Below are positions 50,110-63,320 of a stretch of 64,000 nt of DNA, in pieces. This DNA is from Octopus sinensis (lineage: Eukaryota). The translations under genes were made by a program, and so were the position numbers. The DNA lies in the NCBI RefSeq assembly GCF_006345805.1, contig NC_042998.1, positions 205,406,001 to 205,470,000 of the forward strand, written 5' to 3'. Position 1 is the first letter of the stretch; every line of letters begins with the position of its first letter. Below the pieces are notes generated by a model. That model worked only from the letters and a program-made list of their open reading frames with translations, did not search any database and had not been told where the DNA came from.

Positions 50110-51715
50110 GGAATATTTTGATACCTTCGATATAAGTTTTTTTTTCTGCCCTTCACGTCTGCTTTTAATATTGTATTGAGGCTTTCTGAATAATTCTTTC
50201 CGATGAATTCTTTCCTAATAATTCTTAAGCCTAGAAGACATATTCTCTACGGTGCACCTATTCCCGATTATGACCAAATATTTCAAGGTTTGTTCCCAAA
50301 ATTTCTGTCGCTGTTCCCAACGCCCGTTACCTTGTTAACTCTTCTGTTCCGACACTTGAACAATTCATACTTCAAGTCTGCAACATACTCTAGTCTTACA
50401 TTTTGTTTCTTTCTTTTTCCTCTGCTTCAAAGAAGCATGTCATGCCGATTGCTCTATAGAGTTCCTTCTTATTATCAACGACTACAATATCCGATTTCTT
50501 GCATTCTATTCTTCTTCCGAAGGCGGTGAGCTGGCAGAAACGTTAGCACGCCGGGCGAAATGCGTAGCCGTATTTCGTCTGCCGTTACGTCCTGAGTTCG
50601 AATTCCGCTGAGGTCGACTTTGCCTTTCATCCTTTCGGAGTCGATTAAATAAGTACCAGTTGCGTACTGGAATCGATCTAATAGATTGGCCCCTCCCCCC
50701 AAATTTCGGGCCTTGTGCCTAGAGTAGAAAAGATTTTATTCTTCTTCCGATTTCTACAAGAAAGTCCCACAACAATCCAACCTCATCGTCTTTAATAGCT
50801 TACAAAATAGACATAAATCTTTTCTGTGCTAACAAAATCAAATTTCTTGAAAGCATTTTTACAGAATCATTGCAGCCTGCAGACATTATGACACAATGCG
50901 AGCTAAAGCTTCGTCCGAATCTTCTCTCCATTCAACATTTGGCTGAGCAGTCTTTTTGGTGTATTGCCCTTTTGATACAATTTATTCTTACGGCCTCTGC
51001 ATACACAACCAAGATCAGCCTTTCAGTTTCCTTTTTAGAAACTCCCTTCTTTGACGACAACTTGCTGTCCTTGTCATCGCTTATCTCTTTCGCCATCTTG
51101 AAAAACACGTGTGCGAATCTTCTTTCGTTCAAAGTTTGCCTCTTTTCCAAGTTTTTCTCTCTTCTTAGATTCTGCACCATCCGTAAACAGACGTTCACTT
51201 ATCTGCTGAACGTGCTTTTCCTTTTCTCTCTACACAAGGACCCAGACTTGTCTTCTCTACTTTTCCTATCCATTAACCTTCTTCCTCCTGTAATTTTCCA
51301 ATGTAACCAGTTAACATTTCACTCATTGTACACATGTTTTTGTGCCCTGGAAGCATCGTTCAAATTATTCTTTCTCCATTGAATAATTCCTGCTCCATAC
51401 ATTATTAGTGATACCAACTCAAGTTAATTGCTCCTATGATGGTTTTATGCATTTCGCAATTGTATTCAGTCTACGAAAACATTGCTCCTTCTGGGCTTTC
51501 CTTTCAATTCTATAACGTCTGTTTTTATCATTTTCCAATATTCCCAGATATTTGTTCTACGTTTAACTGATTCTATATTTTCATCATTAGATAAATCTAT
51601 TCCAGCAAAAATTGATTGTTGTCCCCGCCGTCTGCTACGCCTTCATTTCTATCATTACCGATTCCTTAATTTCAAAAGTCATCCCAATATCGTTACTAAA
51701 TATTCTCAAGACTCC
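50110..51715 (-). mobile_element. R4/Dong-like non-LTR retrotransposon 3' fragment (restriction-like endonuclease)
   Basis: KKETERLILVVYAEAVRINCIK...AKC, LLWDF, KKSDIVVVDNKK motifs; interrupted by a SINE. Confidence 0.7.
50521..50732 (+). mobile_element. tRNA-headed SINE with 18-bp TSD
   Basis: ATTCTATTCTTCTTCCGA (50503-50520) / ATTTTATTCTTCTTCCGA (50733-50750). Confidence 0.9.
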
Positions 51716-51719
51716 ACTT

Positions 51720-52660
51720 TTGTATGTATGTATGTATGTATGTATGCTTGTATGTATATATGTATGTATGCATGTATGCATGTATGTGTGTATGTATGTA
51801 TGTATGTATGTGTGTGTGTATGTATGTATGTATGTATGTATGTGTGTGTGTATGTATGTATGTGTGTGTGTATGTATGTGTGTTTGTATGTATGTATGTA
51901 TGTATGCATGTATGCATGTATGTATGTATGTATGTATGTATGTATGTATGTATGCATGTATGTATGCATGTATGCATGTATATATGTATGTATGTATGTA
52001 TGCTTGTATGTATATATGTATGTATGCATGTATGTATGCATGTATGCATGCATGTATGTATGTATGTATGTATGCATGTATGTATGTATGTATGTATGCA
52101 TGTATGTATGTATGTATGTATGTATGCATGTATATATGTATGTATGTATGTAGATGTATGTATGTATGTGTGTATGTATGTATGTATGTATTGATGTATG
52201 CATGCATGCATGCATGCATGTATGTATGTATGTATTATGCATGTATGTATGTATGTATGTATGTATGATGTATGTATGAATGTATTATATATGTATGTAT
52301 GTATGTATGTAGTGGATGTATGTATGTATGTATGTATGTGTGTATGTTGTATGTGCATGTATGTATCCATGTATGCATGCATGTATGTATGTATGTATGT
52401 ATGCATGTATGTATCTATGTCTGTATGTATGTATGTCTGTATGTATGTATGTATGTATGTATGCATGTATGTATGTATGTATGCATGCATGTTATGTATG
52501 TATGTATGTATGCATGTATGTATGCATGTATGTATGTATGTATGTATGTATGCATGCATGTATGTATGTATGTATGTATGCATGTGTATGTATGTATGTA
52601 CGCATGTATGTATGTATGATGTATGTATGCATGCTTGTATGTATATATGTATGTATACAG
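51720..52660. repeat. About 940-bp (TATG)n/(CATG) microsatellite array
   Basis: Direct inspection; source of the spurious MYVC/HTYI ORFs. Confidence 0.95.
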
Positions 52661-53914
52661 CATGTGTATATATACATGTGTGTGTGTGTTGTGGGTATAG
52701 TATGTATATATATATTAATATATATATATTATGTGTGCCTATGCACGTATGTAAAACATAATGTATGTATGCGTGTGTGTGTACTATTGATAATATATAT
52801 ATATATATATATAATTATTATATACATATACATATCTATATATATATATATATTTATTTAATATATACATATATATATTATATATATATATATATTATAT
52901 ATAGAATATATATATAATATATATACACACATATATATAACCAAGACATCATAAAAAAGAATGAAGATTTATACATCTTCAAAGTTTGTCTATTACCGTA
53001 TCATTCTTCTTAAATTCAAACCCGACACGTGTTTCTGCTGGATAAGCGTCCCAATACACTTTGATGCAGCGTTCATGTGCATTCAGATGATTCATTTGCG
53101 ATGCGTATTCTTCCACGATAGACATTCCTATGCAGCTTTTGTTCAAGGTTTTACCTATGCCAATGAATTCGCTTCACCCACCTGAATACATAGATGTGCG
53201 TGTTTGTACTTATCTGCATAAGCTTGGCTATTATGGACGAGCAGCTAGAAGAAAACCTTTCCTTCAACCAATTAATATCAAATAAAAGATTTTGAACATT
53301 AAAGGTGTCTATTTACTTCCTGCATGTCTCTGTATATATAATATTTATTCGGGTGAAAAAATTACTTCATCTCCTGAGGGAATTTTTCCCTGGGTTTCCA
53401 GTTTCTTTTATCATACGTTTTTTTCTTCTTTTTTTACAAATTTCGTATATCCGTACAAATGGATTATAGCAAAAATATCATTATAAGAAATAATTCATTA
53501 AACGATGAGTAATGCATTACATCAAATAAAGTGAACTGAATCAGATTCTGTTGTTAAATATGGATTTATTAATTCATTGTTCAAAACTTCTAGACAGCTG
53601 TTTCTGTCAAAAAGAGGACAATAACAAACAAATAATAAAAAACTAAAATAAAAATATGTATATTATTATTTTCTTGTAATTTCTTTTTGAACATCATCAG
53701 TGGAATATAATTAAAATTAAAGGACGTTTAAAATCAATAGCTTGAGTTTTTTCTTAGCTATCATAATACAAAATGAGTTGTTCCTTGCACTTTCAACTTG
53801 CAATTCACCACTAAAGCTTTATAAACAAACTAAAATCGTAGCTTTTGCATTTCCACAATGTCTTATTATTACTCTTAGCTCCCTCCCTACTATAAGTGTT
53901 TGTGTATATATATA

Positions 53915-54956
53915 TCTATATATATAAAACTCAACTTGTGTGTCTGTGTGTTTAACTTCCCGGCACATCTCCTCCTAGCCAACAAATCGTAGAACCACCA
54001 AAAATGGGTCACTTAAAGTTTAAGCGAATGAAAATTGAATCTCGCAAGTGCAAAAATCGATAATGTGTGTTTAGACCTTATCCCATGCATTGAATAGTGA
54101 ACTTTACTCAGTCAGCTGTTTGACGTGAACTGTGTTCACCACGCGTGCAAGCATGCGTAAATTGCATGAAAAATAAAAAATCAAGATATAAAAATGAATC
54201 GCCGTAAACATTGTAGAAATTCGGCCAAGAAATGAATTTTCTGGATGTAGCCTGGAGGGTTTTTTCGTATTAATTGTTTTCATAACATTTTTAACGCTTT
54301 GAATTAAATGTGACTATTTTGCGTTGAGTCTGCAGTTTGAATCATTTTAACCAAATTTTAGCAGGCCGGATTTTTGATCATCACGATACATCGCCAGCGA
54401 CTCCCTGAAACTCTCCCCTGAAATCCCCGTTGAGAAATCTATATATATAAAACTCAACTTGTGTGTCTGTGCGTGTGTCTGTGTGTGTGTCTATGTGTTT
54501 AACTTTTGGATCTACCAAGTTTCATTATTAAGGATGGAAAGTAGTGTGTATCAAATCTATATATATAAAGCTGAAGTTGTCTGTGTGTGGCAGGTTTGGT
54601 AGCCTTCAACTAACACTATCTCCTTCGAGACCCTGCAGCGCAAGTTGACCAAAATTGAGAGTATGATAGAAGAAGGCTTGCTCTTCATTCTGTAGAAGAT
54701 AAAATTCAAATCGGACCATGTTAACACCAAAAATTATTTACATCAAAAAGGTGCTTTTTTTCTATGAAAATCCCTATTTTTTTACGATTTTTTTACGATT
54801 TTTGACTGCTGTGTCATCATTTGTCGGTGTATTTCAACTGGAAAAATGTTCACTTGAAGAGAATAACAAGTTGCATAATGCAAAATTTTTACTTTTCAAA
54901 AATTCCCATTCTAAAGGGTCGAAACAAACCCAAGCAACACTGGGTGATACTGCTAG
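53915..54956 (+). mobile_element. Helitron cluster: three 5' termini and one 3' terminus
   Basis: TCTATATATATAAA starts at 53915, 54438 and 54556; single CTAG end at 54956. Confidence 0.75.
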
Positions 54957-55039
54957 TGTATATATATATATATATATATATGTATATACGTATAGGTACA
55001 TACTTACATGTATATGCATATGTGGGCACAGGACGCCAC

Positions 55040-55330
55040 AAAACGTGTACAACAAAAACTACGAAGTACGAGGACATGGAATAGGATCTTTTTTTTTTTT
55101 GCGAACAACGAAAGATACAAATGGAGAACAAGACAAACAACGCAAAGAACGATACTTCATCAATTGTCGGTTGTTTTTCTAATCTGTATTTCGAGCAATT
55201 CACAAGACACGCCTTCCATAAGACAGTTGCTCCTGCAAAGCAAATGAAATAAAATTTGGGATTTTGCGGAGCGTCAAAATTGGTGACAAAAACAGGATAG
55301 GGAAAACAAGCAGGAAAGGCTGCTAAGCCT
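55040..55330 (-). repeat. PLE-LTR-like fragment related to 6560-6745
   Basis: Shared GAGCAACTGTCTT...TTGCTCGAAA...CCGACAA.TGATGAAG.TCGTTCTTTG blocks. Confidence 0.55.
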
Positions 55331-56240
55331 AAACGAGGTTGTGGTGGCGAACGCGAAGAAACAAGCTTGGACAGGAGACAGACACGAATACGTCTTCCTT
55401 GTCCAGCAGCAACAGGAAGAAAGAATGAAACACAAGTTAGGAGAAACACACACACACACACACGTACACACACATGCATGCATGTGTGTGTATGTGTGTA
55501 CATATACACAGATATATAATTCTATTATTCCATTATCACAAGATAAACTTTTTATTCTTTTATTGAACACTATGTATGAGAGGCGGGTCAACTCTGCGAA
55601 TCGATAAAGTTGTATTTTCAGAGTTTAAAAAAATGTTGAAATGCTGCACAAAATCCAGGAAATATTCCACAATAGGATTACTCCACGAGCAAGAAATAGC
55701 AGTGAAACTGCCGCCAAATAACAGCTTAACGTTTTTGATAAAGAGGAAGACATTGTGTAAATATCACCAGAATGACTTTATAACTGAAAATAGAAAAAAA
55801 AGGAAAGGGCGGGATGGTCATGGGTGGAATGTATTTGGTTCTACTGGAAGTCAGGAGTCGACAAAGTGGTTGATATTGACACCTGAAGGGTTTGTGTAAC
55901 TAAGGGGTCAGTATTAAGGGTGCTGAATTATCAGCGAATTAAATCTAGAAGAATGTGAGTAATTTAAAGCAAAAACTCTCTATTTCTGACCAAATATCGA
56001 TGCAATATTAATTACTATTCACCAAACAATATTTCACACTAAATATTTCATTCACTTTATATAATAGGACTGAATTTTTTACGGAGTGGAGCGCTAAGCA
56101 GGTTTATTAGCAGTTCATCTTATTACCGTTCCAAACGTGCCACAAGCGTATTTGAACTAGTAAATAAGACTGCATAAATGTTTTATTGTTCTTCACCAAT
56201 TGAAGAATTTTCATTAAATTTCTTTGACTATTTCCTCTTA

Positions 56241-56472
56241 AGGCGGCGAGCTGGCAGAATCGTTAGCACACCGGACAAAATGCTTAGCAGTATTTCGTCT
56301 GCCGTTACGTTCTGAGTTCAAATTCCGCCGAGGTCGACTTTGCCTTTTATCCTTTCGGGGTCGATAAATTAATTACCAGTTACGCACTGGGGTCGATATA
56401 ATCGACTTAATCCGTTTGTCAGTCCTTGTTTGTCCCCTCTGGGTGTAGCCCCTTGTGGGCAGTAAAGAAATA
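56241..56472 (+). mobile_element. tRNA-headed SINE, full length
   Basis: AGGCGGCGAGCTGGCAGAATCGTTAGC...GTTCAAATTCCGCCGAGG; tail shared with 32597-32755. Confidence 0.9.
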
Positions 56473-57033
56473 GGTATTTCTTCCGACTTTACGTTCTGAA
56501 CTCAAATTCCGTCGAGGACGACCTTATCCTTTTGGGATCGATAAAATACGTATCACTTGGGTTTTCCCACCACCCTCTACCAAATTTTGAAACCAATATT
56601 CTTTATTAAAACGCGGTAATAACCCAAAAGATAGAAGGAATTGTTTTAAAAATCAAGATTTTTGTAATAATATTAAATATACTTTTTAATTCTATCTTAG
56701 ATATTTACATGATGGGAGTCGATTAGTCATCAACGATTCCATGAGGTAAGAAATTCGACGAGCCTTGATCCAAGCTTTTCAAATATGGACTTGTGCTAGA
56801 GCCGACGCTGTGTCGAACAGATGTCAGAAGGTTTTTAAATTCATCAATACATCAATACTGCCTTTGCTTAGTGAAGTTATTGATGTCAGGTTTACAAGTT
56901 AGTAGCGATCATGAATGAGGACCGCAGGGGATTAAGTCACGGCTACCAGAGTTCAAAGGTAAGCGTTGTCATTCCTTGCCACCTCTCTCCCATCTGGCAC
57001 CGCCTCACCAACGATCGATCAACCAGTTTGCTC

Positions 57034-57120
<87 letters not shown>

Positions 57121-57475
57121 TACACTCTCCCTCCCCTCTCTCTTTCTCTCTGTATCTATCTGTCTGTCTATCAATCTATCTATCTGTCTATCTGTCTATC
57201 TATCTAACTATCTGTCTGTCTATCAATCTATCTATCTGTCTATCTGTCTATCTATCTAACTATCTGTCTGTCTATCTGTCTCTCTGTCCATCCATCCATC
57301 CATCCATCCATCCATCCATCCATCCATCCATCCATCTATCCATCCATCTATCTATCTATCTGTCTGTCAGTCAGACATCTTCTATTGTGTCTCGGGAGAG
57401 TCATTCTCTTTTAATGCCTTTTAATTTAACACACTCATCGGTAAAATTTCCACTTATTTCTCTTTTATATATATA

Positions 57476-57525
<50 letters not shown>

Positions 57526-57557
57526 TATTATTATTATTATATTTATATGATATATAC

Positions 57558-57591
<34 letters not shown>

Positions 57592-57592
57592 G

Positions 57593-57627
<35 letters not shown>

Positions 57628-57787
57628 ATAATATATAAATATAATAGATATATGTATATATATATATATGATACGGACTTAGAAATAATTTTTCTAGCCG
57701 TATGCTGAGAGAAGATGCTAAATCGTCTCACCACTCAAAGAAGTCACAAACACATGTGTTGAATTCGACAACCAACAAGCCAACGGA

Positions 57788-57823
<36 letters not shown>

Positions 57824-57903
57824 TCCAAAATGTAACCACATGTGGATTGTTGGCGATTTCTATCCTCTGTCTTCCTTTTCTCTTGGATTTTCCTCTGTCT
57901 CCT

Positions 57904-57939
57904 GTTTCTGAAGAAGAGCTTTTGCTCCAAACGTAAAAC
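57904..57939 (+). ncRNA. Degenerate hammerhead fold (G12C)
   Basis: GTTT-CTGAAGA-A-GAGC TTTT GCTC-CAAA-CGT-A|AAAC. Confidence 0.45.
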
Positions 57940-58407
57940 ACCTTTTCTTTCCTTCCCTGAGCGTCTTATTAATACTTTGCATATTATACCACTTCGAAGT
58001 CACTATCAAGAACATCCTTGCATAAGAATAACAAATTTGTACCCTACAAAAATATAGAGTAATCCATTCATTATAACTGAATATAAAAATAAACGATATA
58101 TACACATATGTATATAAATCTATATACACACACATATATTATCCGAAACGTATAGTATTAAAAATCCAACATGGCTGTTCTTAGTAATCGGTTTCGCGTA
58201 AAGAATACAATGGAGTGTTAGGTGACAAACTGATTATATAACTTTACTCTCATCAGAGATAGCCTACTTGGAGGGGAATATGGCGACTATCTCTCTCTCT
58301 ATATATATATATATATATAGAACACCGCACACACGCACAAACACACACACAAACACATGCATTTACGTATATGAGTATATACATATATATGTCTGGATAC
58401 AGAACGC

Positions 58408-58446
<39 letters not shown>

Positions 58447-58492
58447 CATATATATATATATAGTGTGTGTGTGTGTGTGTTTGTGTGTGTTT

Positions 58493-58524
<32 letters not shown>

Positions 58525-58529
58525 GGTGG

Positions 58530-59185
58530 CTGTATGCTAAGAAGCTTGCTTCCCAACCACATGGCTCCGGGTTCAGTCCCACTGTGTGGCACCTCGGGTA
58601 AGTGTCTTCTCTATAGCTCACCGTCTGAGTGGATTTGATAGACAAAAACTGAAAGAATGCCCTCGTATATACACACACACACCATACATACTACATACAT
58701 ACATACACACATACACATACATACACACACACCAGTACATACATACAACATACATACATCATACATACATACATACATGCATACATACATACATACATAC
58801 ATACATGCATACATACAACATACATACATACATCATACATACAAACATACATCACACACACCACACACAATACATACATACATACATACATACATACATA
58901 CATACATACATACATACATACATACATACATACCTACATACATATATATATGTGTGTGTGTGTGACTTTGTGTCTGTGTTTGTCCACCACCACTACTTCT
59001 ACCCAATGTTGGTGAGTCCACGTCCCCGTAACATAGCGGTTCGCCAAAATTCACCGATAGAAGGAGTACCAGGCTTTAAAAAAAACGCAGAAAAGATAAG
59101 TATAGGGTTTGGTTCATTCGATTAAAAATTCTTCAAGACGGTACCCCAGCATGGCCGCAGTCTAATGACTGAATCAAGTGGGAAG
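58530..59185 (+). mobile_element. Bipartite tRNA-derived SINE with (CATA)n centre
   Basis: Both modules present; the central repeat is the complement of that in the 24430 copy. Confidence 0.8.
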
Positions 59186-59215
59186 AAGATATATATATAT
59201 ATGGATATATATATT

Positions 59216-59300
<85 letters not shown>

Positions 59301-59402
59301 ATAAAGTTAATCCAAACATGAAAAGCACAAAAAAAACACAACAACGTGGGACGTGGAACAAATATAGTATTATTGGACGCTCAGGGAAGAAGGAAGAAGA
59401 GG

Positions 59403-59437
59403 GTTTAACGTTTCGAGCGGAGCTCTTCGTCGTAAAC
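59403..59437 (-). ncRNA. Degenerate hammerhead fold (core ACGACGA)
   Basis: GTTT-ACGACGA-A-GAGC TCC GCTC-GAAA-CGT-T|AAAC on the minus strand. Confidence 0.45.
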
Positions 59438-59574
59438 ATAGGAGAAGGAAAGATCAAGAGAAGGAAGACAGAGGGAAAAAATCGCCAACGGTACACACGC
59501 GGTCACACACGCGGTCACACACATATATATAACCCTCTGGAACTTCTGGAAGTCTCACAGTCTCATCCAGCCGT

Positions 59575-60880
59575 CACAATTTGGATTTATTCCTAACTCC
59601 AGCTGCTGTAATCAACTCATCGAGTTTCTTGAGGACATTACCCAAATCACTGATCGCGGATCCTGGGTGGATGTTGTTTACCTGGACTTTGCTAAGGCTT
59701 TTAATTCTGTGCCACACAAAAGACTTATGGTGAAGCTCTCTGCGTTGGGCGTAAGAAACGAACTCTATAACTGGTTGAAGTCCTTTATTTTCGGCCGAAA
59801 AGAGGTTGTCACAGTTCTAGGACAGCACTCTTCACTCTATGAGATGACATCTGGTGTACCACAGGGATCTGTTCTTGGCCCCCTTTTATTTGTTGCATAT
59901 GTTAATGACATAGATGCCAACTTAAAGAATGCCACAGTGCTGAAATATGCAGATGACATCAAGCTGTACCCCGAAATCAAGAGGTCAGATCCTGTACACT
60001 ATAGATCTCTATTGCAATCAGACCTGGACACAATGCAGCAGTGGATCATGGACTGGCAACTCAAGCTGGCTGTGGACAAATGTACCACCATGCATTTTGA
60101 GAGGAAAAACCCAGCGCCCACCGATTCCCTCCACAACACTAATCTCAAAAAGTCTTCGTGTGAACATGACCTGGGTGTTACTGTCGTCAGTGATTTGCGT
60201 TGAACAAAACACATCGCTAAAATTGTCAAGAAGGCTGAGGGTGTCTTGGCATCACTCGCCAAATCCTTTGTGAGCCGCTCTCCGACTATCTATCTGCGGC
60301 TTTATATAGCTATGGTAAGACCTCACCTGGAATTTGCATCACCGGTCTGGAACCCCTATCTTGCCCAGGATATCAATCGTCTGGAAGCCGTTCAGTGACG
60401 TGCACCAAAGAATACCCTCCATCAGGCATTTGCCATATTCTGAACGCCTACTTCCCTGGGCATGGACACATTGAAACTCCGAACGTCTGGCAGCTGACTT
60501 GGCAGACACCCATAAAATTATCAACCATCTTATAAACAATAACTCTGAGCACCTTTTCAAACTCCACCCGTCTAACACCCGTGGACATATTTACAAAGTC
60601 AGAAACAGCACAGCTCCCATGACTTTAGGAACCATTTTTTCACGCTGAGAGTTGCTGAAGCATGGAACAAACTGCCGGCATCAGCTGTTAGTTGTCGGAG
60701 CACTGCATCCTTCAAGACTTCCATTCTTCCTGAGATCGCCAACACTACACCTGATTTCCTCCCCTCCATACACACGCAAGCAAGTATCTCACTCATACAT
60801 TGTTCGCTTTCCAGACAGATGCTTATACGCACTTTTGACAAGTTGTGGTGCACCGAGCACTGTATACAATAATTTCATTA
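59575..60880 (+). mobile_element. CR1-clade LINE 3' part
   Basis: DVVYLDFAKAFNSVPH, SGVPQGSVLGPLLF, KYADDIKL, VRPHLEFASPVWNP; (ATT)-rich tail. Confidence 0.92.
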
Positions 60881-60885
60881 TTATC

Positions 60886-60961
<76 letters not shown>

Positions 60962-61452
60962 CAATCAAAATAAGAACAAGTATATCCGAGGTAATGTGCT
61001 CGGATATATTGTTGCTTATTTTGATTATAATCACCAATGGATTTATATGGATAACACATACAAAATTCTGGTGCCTCTGACTTAGTACCGTATTCATTTG
61101 AATCTAAATTTTGTGCTGAACTTTTTATTATATATATATATATATATGAAAGAGAGACAGAGAGAGATAGGATAGTAGATTCTGTCATATTCCAGGTCGT
61201 TCGTTGACATCTGTTCCCGGTGAAGACAGTGACACACACACACACACACACGTCAAGAAAGGCGCACTTGTATCGACAGCGATGATCGTTTGCGAAGGAT
61301 TACCTTTTTGAAAAAAATTGGTCAACAACAAGCAACAACAACAACAACACATAACAATAATAAGAATAACAATAATAAAGTTAAATAGATAACGTGTGTG
61401 GTGTTGTGTGTGTGTGTTGAAGAAAAGGCGGCAATAAAAGGTTAATGCCGTC

Positions 61453-61552
61453 NNNNNNNNNNNNNNNNNNNNNNNNNNNNNNNNNNNNNNNNNNNNNNNN
61501 NNNNNNNNNNNNNNNNNNNNNNNNNNNNNNNNNNNNNNNNNNNNNNNNNNNN
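61453..61552. other. Assembly gap (100 N)
   Basis: Direct inspection. Confidence 1.
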
Positions 61553-61836
61553 CACATCAATAAATGTGGTCCAATCGATGTGATCGTTAATCTGAGGTTT
61601 TCTCCCTTTTCTGATTGTTAGAAACGCCGTTTACATACTCTATGCTTGGAATGACCGATTTTAAATACTATTGGAACTTACACACAAGGTATTGGAATCT
61701 TATATGTAAACCATTCTGCCTAAATAATGGAACTGAAGATACAATGTCCCTGCATATCTCACATCTATTTTCATTCCTCCACTTCACTCTCTATTTCGTA
61801 TCTAGAATAACTATTGCTTAACCAGTTTCTCGCACC

Positions 61837-61884
61837 GTCTCTGATGAAGGGATTTAATAAATATCCCGGAAACAGCTGTAAGAC
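61837..61884 (+). ncRNA. Minimal type-I hammerhead ribozyme fold, canonical core
   Basis: GTCT-CTGATGA-A-GGGAT/ATCCC-G-GAAA-CAGCTG-TA|AGAC; 8-nt palindrome ACAGCTGT as stem III. Confidence 0.75.
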
Positions 61885-61953
61885 CTTCTCTTTATAAATG
61901 TTCTGAATCTTTCACAGCCTTGGATTTTTATCTCATCCTGTTAATTTATATAA

Positions 61954-61987
<34 letters not shown>

Positions 61988-62014
61988 CTATATATATATA
62001 TATTATATATATTC

Positions 62015-62215
62015 TTTTACTTGTTTCAGTCATTTGACTGCGGCCATGCTGGAGCACCACCTTTAGTCGAGCAACTCGACCCCCGGACTTATTCTTTGTA
62101 AGCCTAGTACTTATTCTATCGGTCTCTTTTGCCGAACCACTTAGTTACGGAGGACGCAAACACACCAGCATCGGTTGTCAAGCGATTCTGGGGGGACAAA
62201 CACAGACACACAAAC
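62015..62215 (-). mobile_element. 3' module of the bipartite SINE
   Basis: CTTGTTTCAGTCATTTGACTGCGGCCATGCTGG...GGGGGACAAACAC, as at 4105 and 28575. Confidence 0.8.
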
Positions 62216-62659
62216 AACACACACACACACCACACACACACACACATACACACACACACATATATATAAATATACATAATGTATGTGTGCAGTGTATGGA
62301 AATACATATGAATATATTTGTATATTTATGTACCTACACACACACACACACACACACACCACACACACACACACACACGTATGCTCCTTTCTCGTAATAG
62401 ACAAAACATCAATGTGTGTGTCCCCATCCCTAAGTGACCCCCATAAGCCAGTACCGAACCCTTTATCATATTCCCTTTCTTATTCATGACTCCTCTCATT
62501 TGTTATTATGAGAATGATTGCCAAAATCACGGCTGGATTTCTTCGACCCCATAATAAACGGGGACACACATTTATTGCTGCCCTTTAGGATCAAATCTCT
62601 GGTAACACTCTGCCAAGTCCCATTTCGTTTGAAATTGTCTGGCAATTGTTTTAATAGGT

Positions 62660-62694
62660 CTGTCTGTCTATCTTTCTGTCTGTCTATCTGTCTG

Positions 62695-62749
<55 letters not shown>

Positions 62750-62795
62750 GTGTATCTATCTATCTATCTAGCATCTATCTGTTGTCTATCTATCT

Positions 62796-62854
<59 letters not shown>

Positions 62855-62965
62855 GTATGTCTATCTCTCTATCTCTATATCTGTTTGTCTATCTAATCTA
62901 TAATCTATCTATCTATCTATCTATCTATATATCTATCTATCTATCTATCAATCTATCTGTCTGTA

Positions 62966-63011
<46 letters not shown>

Positions 63012-63096
63012 CATCTATCTGTCTGTCTGTCTGTCTGTCTGTATCTATCTGTCGTCTATCGTTTGTCTATCTATATATCTATCTATCTATCGTCTG

Positions 63097-63139
<43 letters not shown>

Positions 63140-63188
63140 GTCTGTCTGTCTGTCTATCTATCTGTCTGTCTATCTGTTTGTCTATCTG

Positions 63189-63269
<81 letters not shown>

Positions 63270-63320
63270 GTCTATCTATATATCTATCTATCTATATATC
63301 TATCTATCTATCTATCATTT
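62660..63320. repeat. (CTAT)n/(CTGT)n microsatellite array
   Basis: Direct inspection. Confidence 0.95.

Noticed and set aside
51482-52861. Many long ORFs such as [30 protein letters not shown] (here and throughout the window)
   Set aside because: Translations of (TATG)n, (TA)n, (CA)n and (CTAT)n microsatellites that lack stop codons; no coding signal
52995-53150. Possible minus-strand hammerhead (GAAAC ACGT GTC|GGG)
   Set aside because: Only the 3' half is convincing; the upstream core candidates (TTGAACA, ATGAACG) do not keep the 3:8 pair
55576-55899. ORF as a Penelope C-terminus or host gene
   Set aside because: Only loose resemblance to the PLE CxLCxxEK...CRH motif with the key Cys residues missing; not supportable without a profile search
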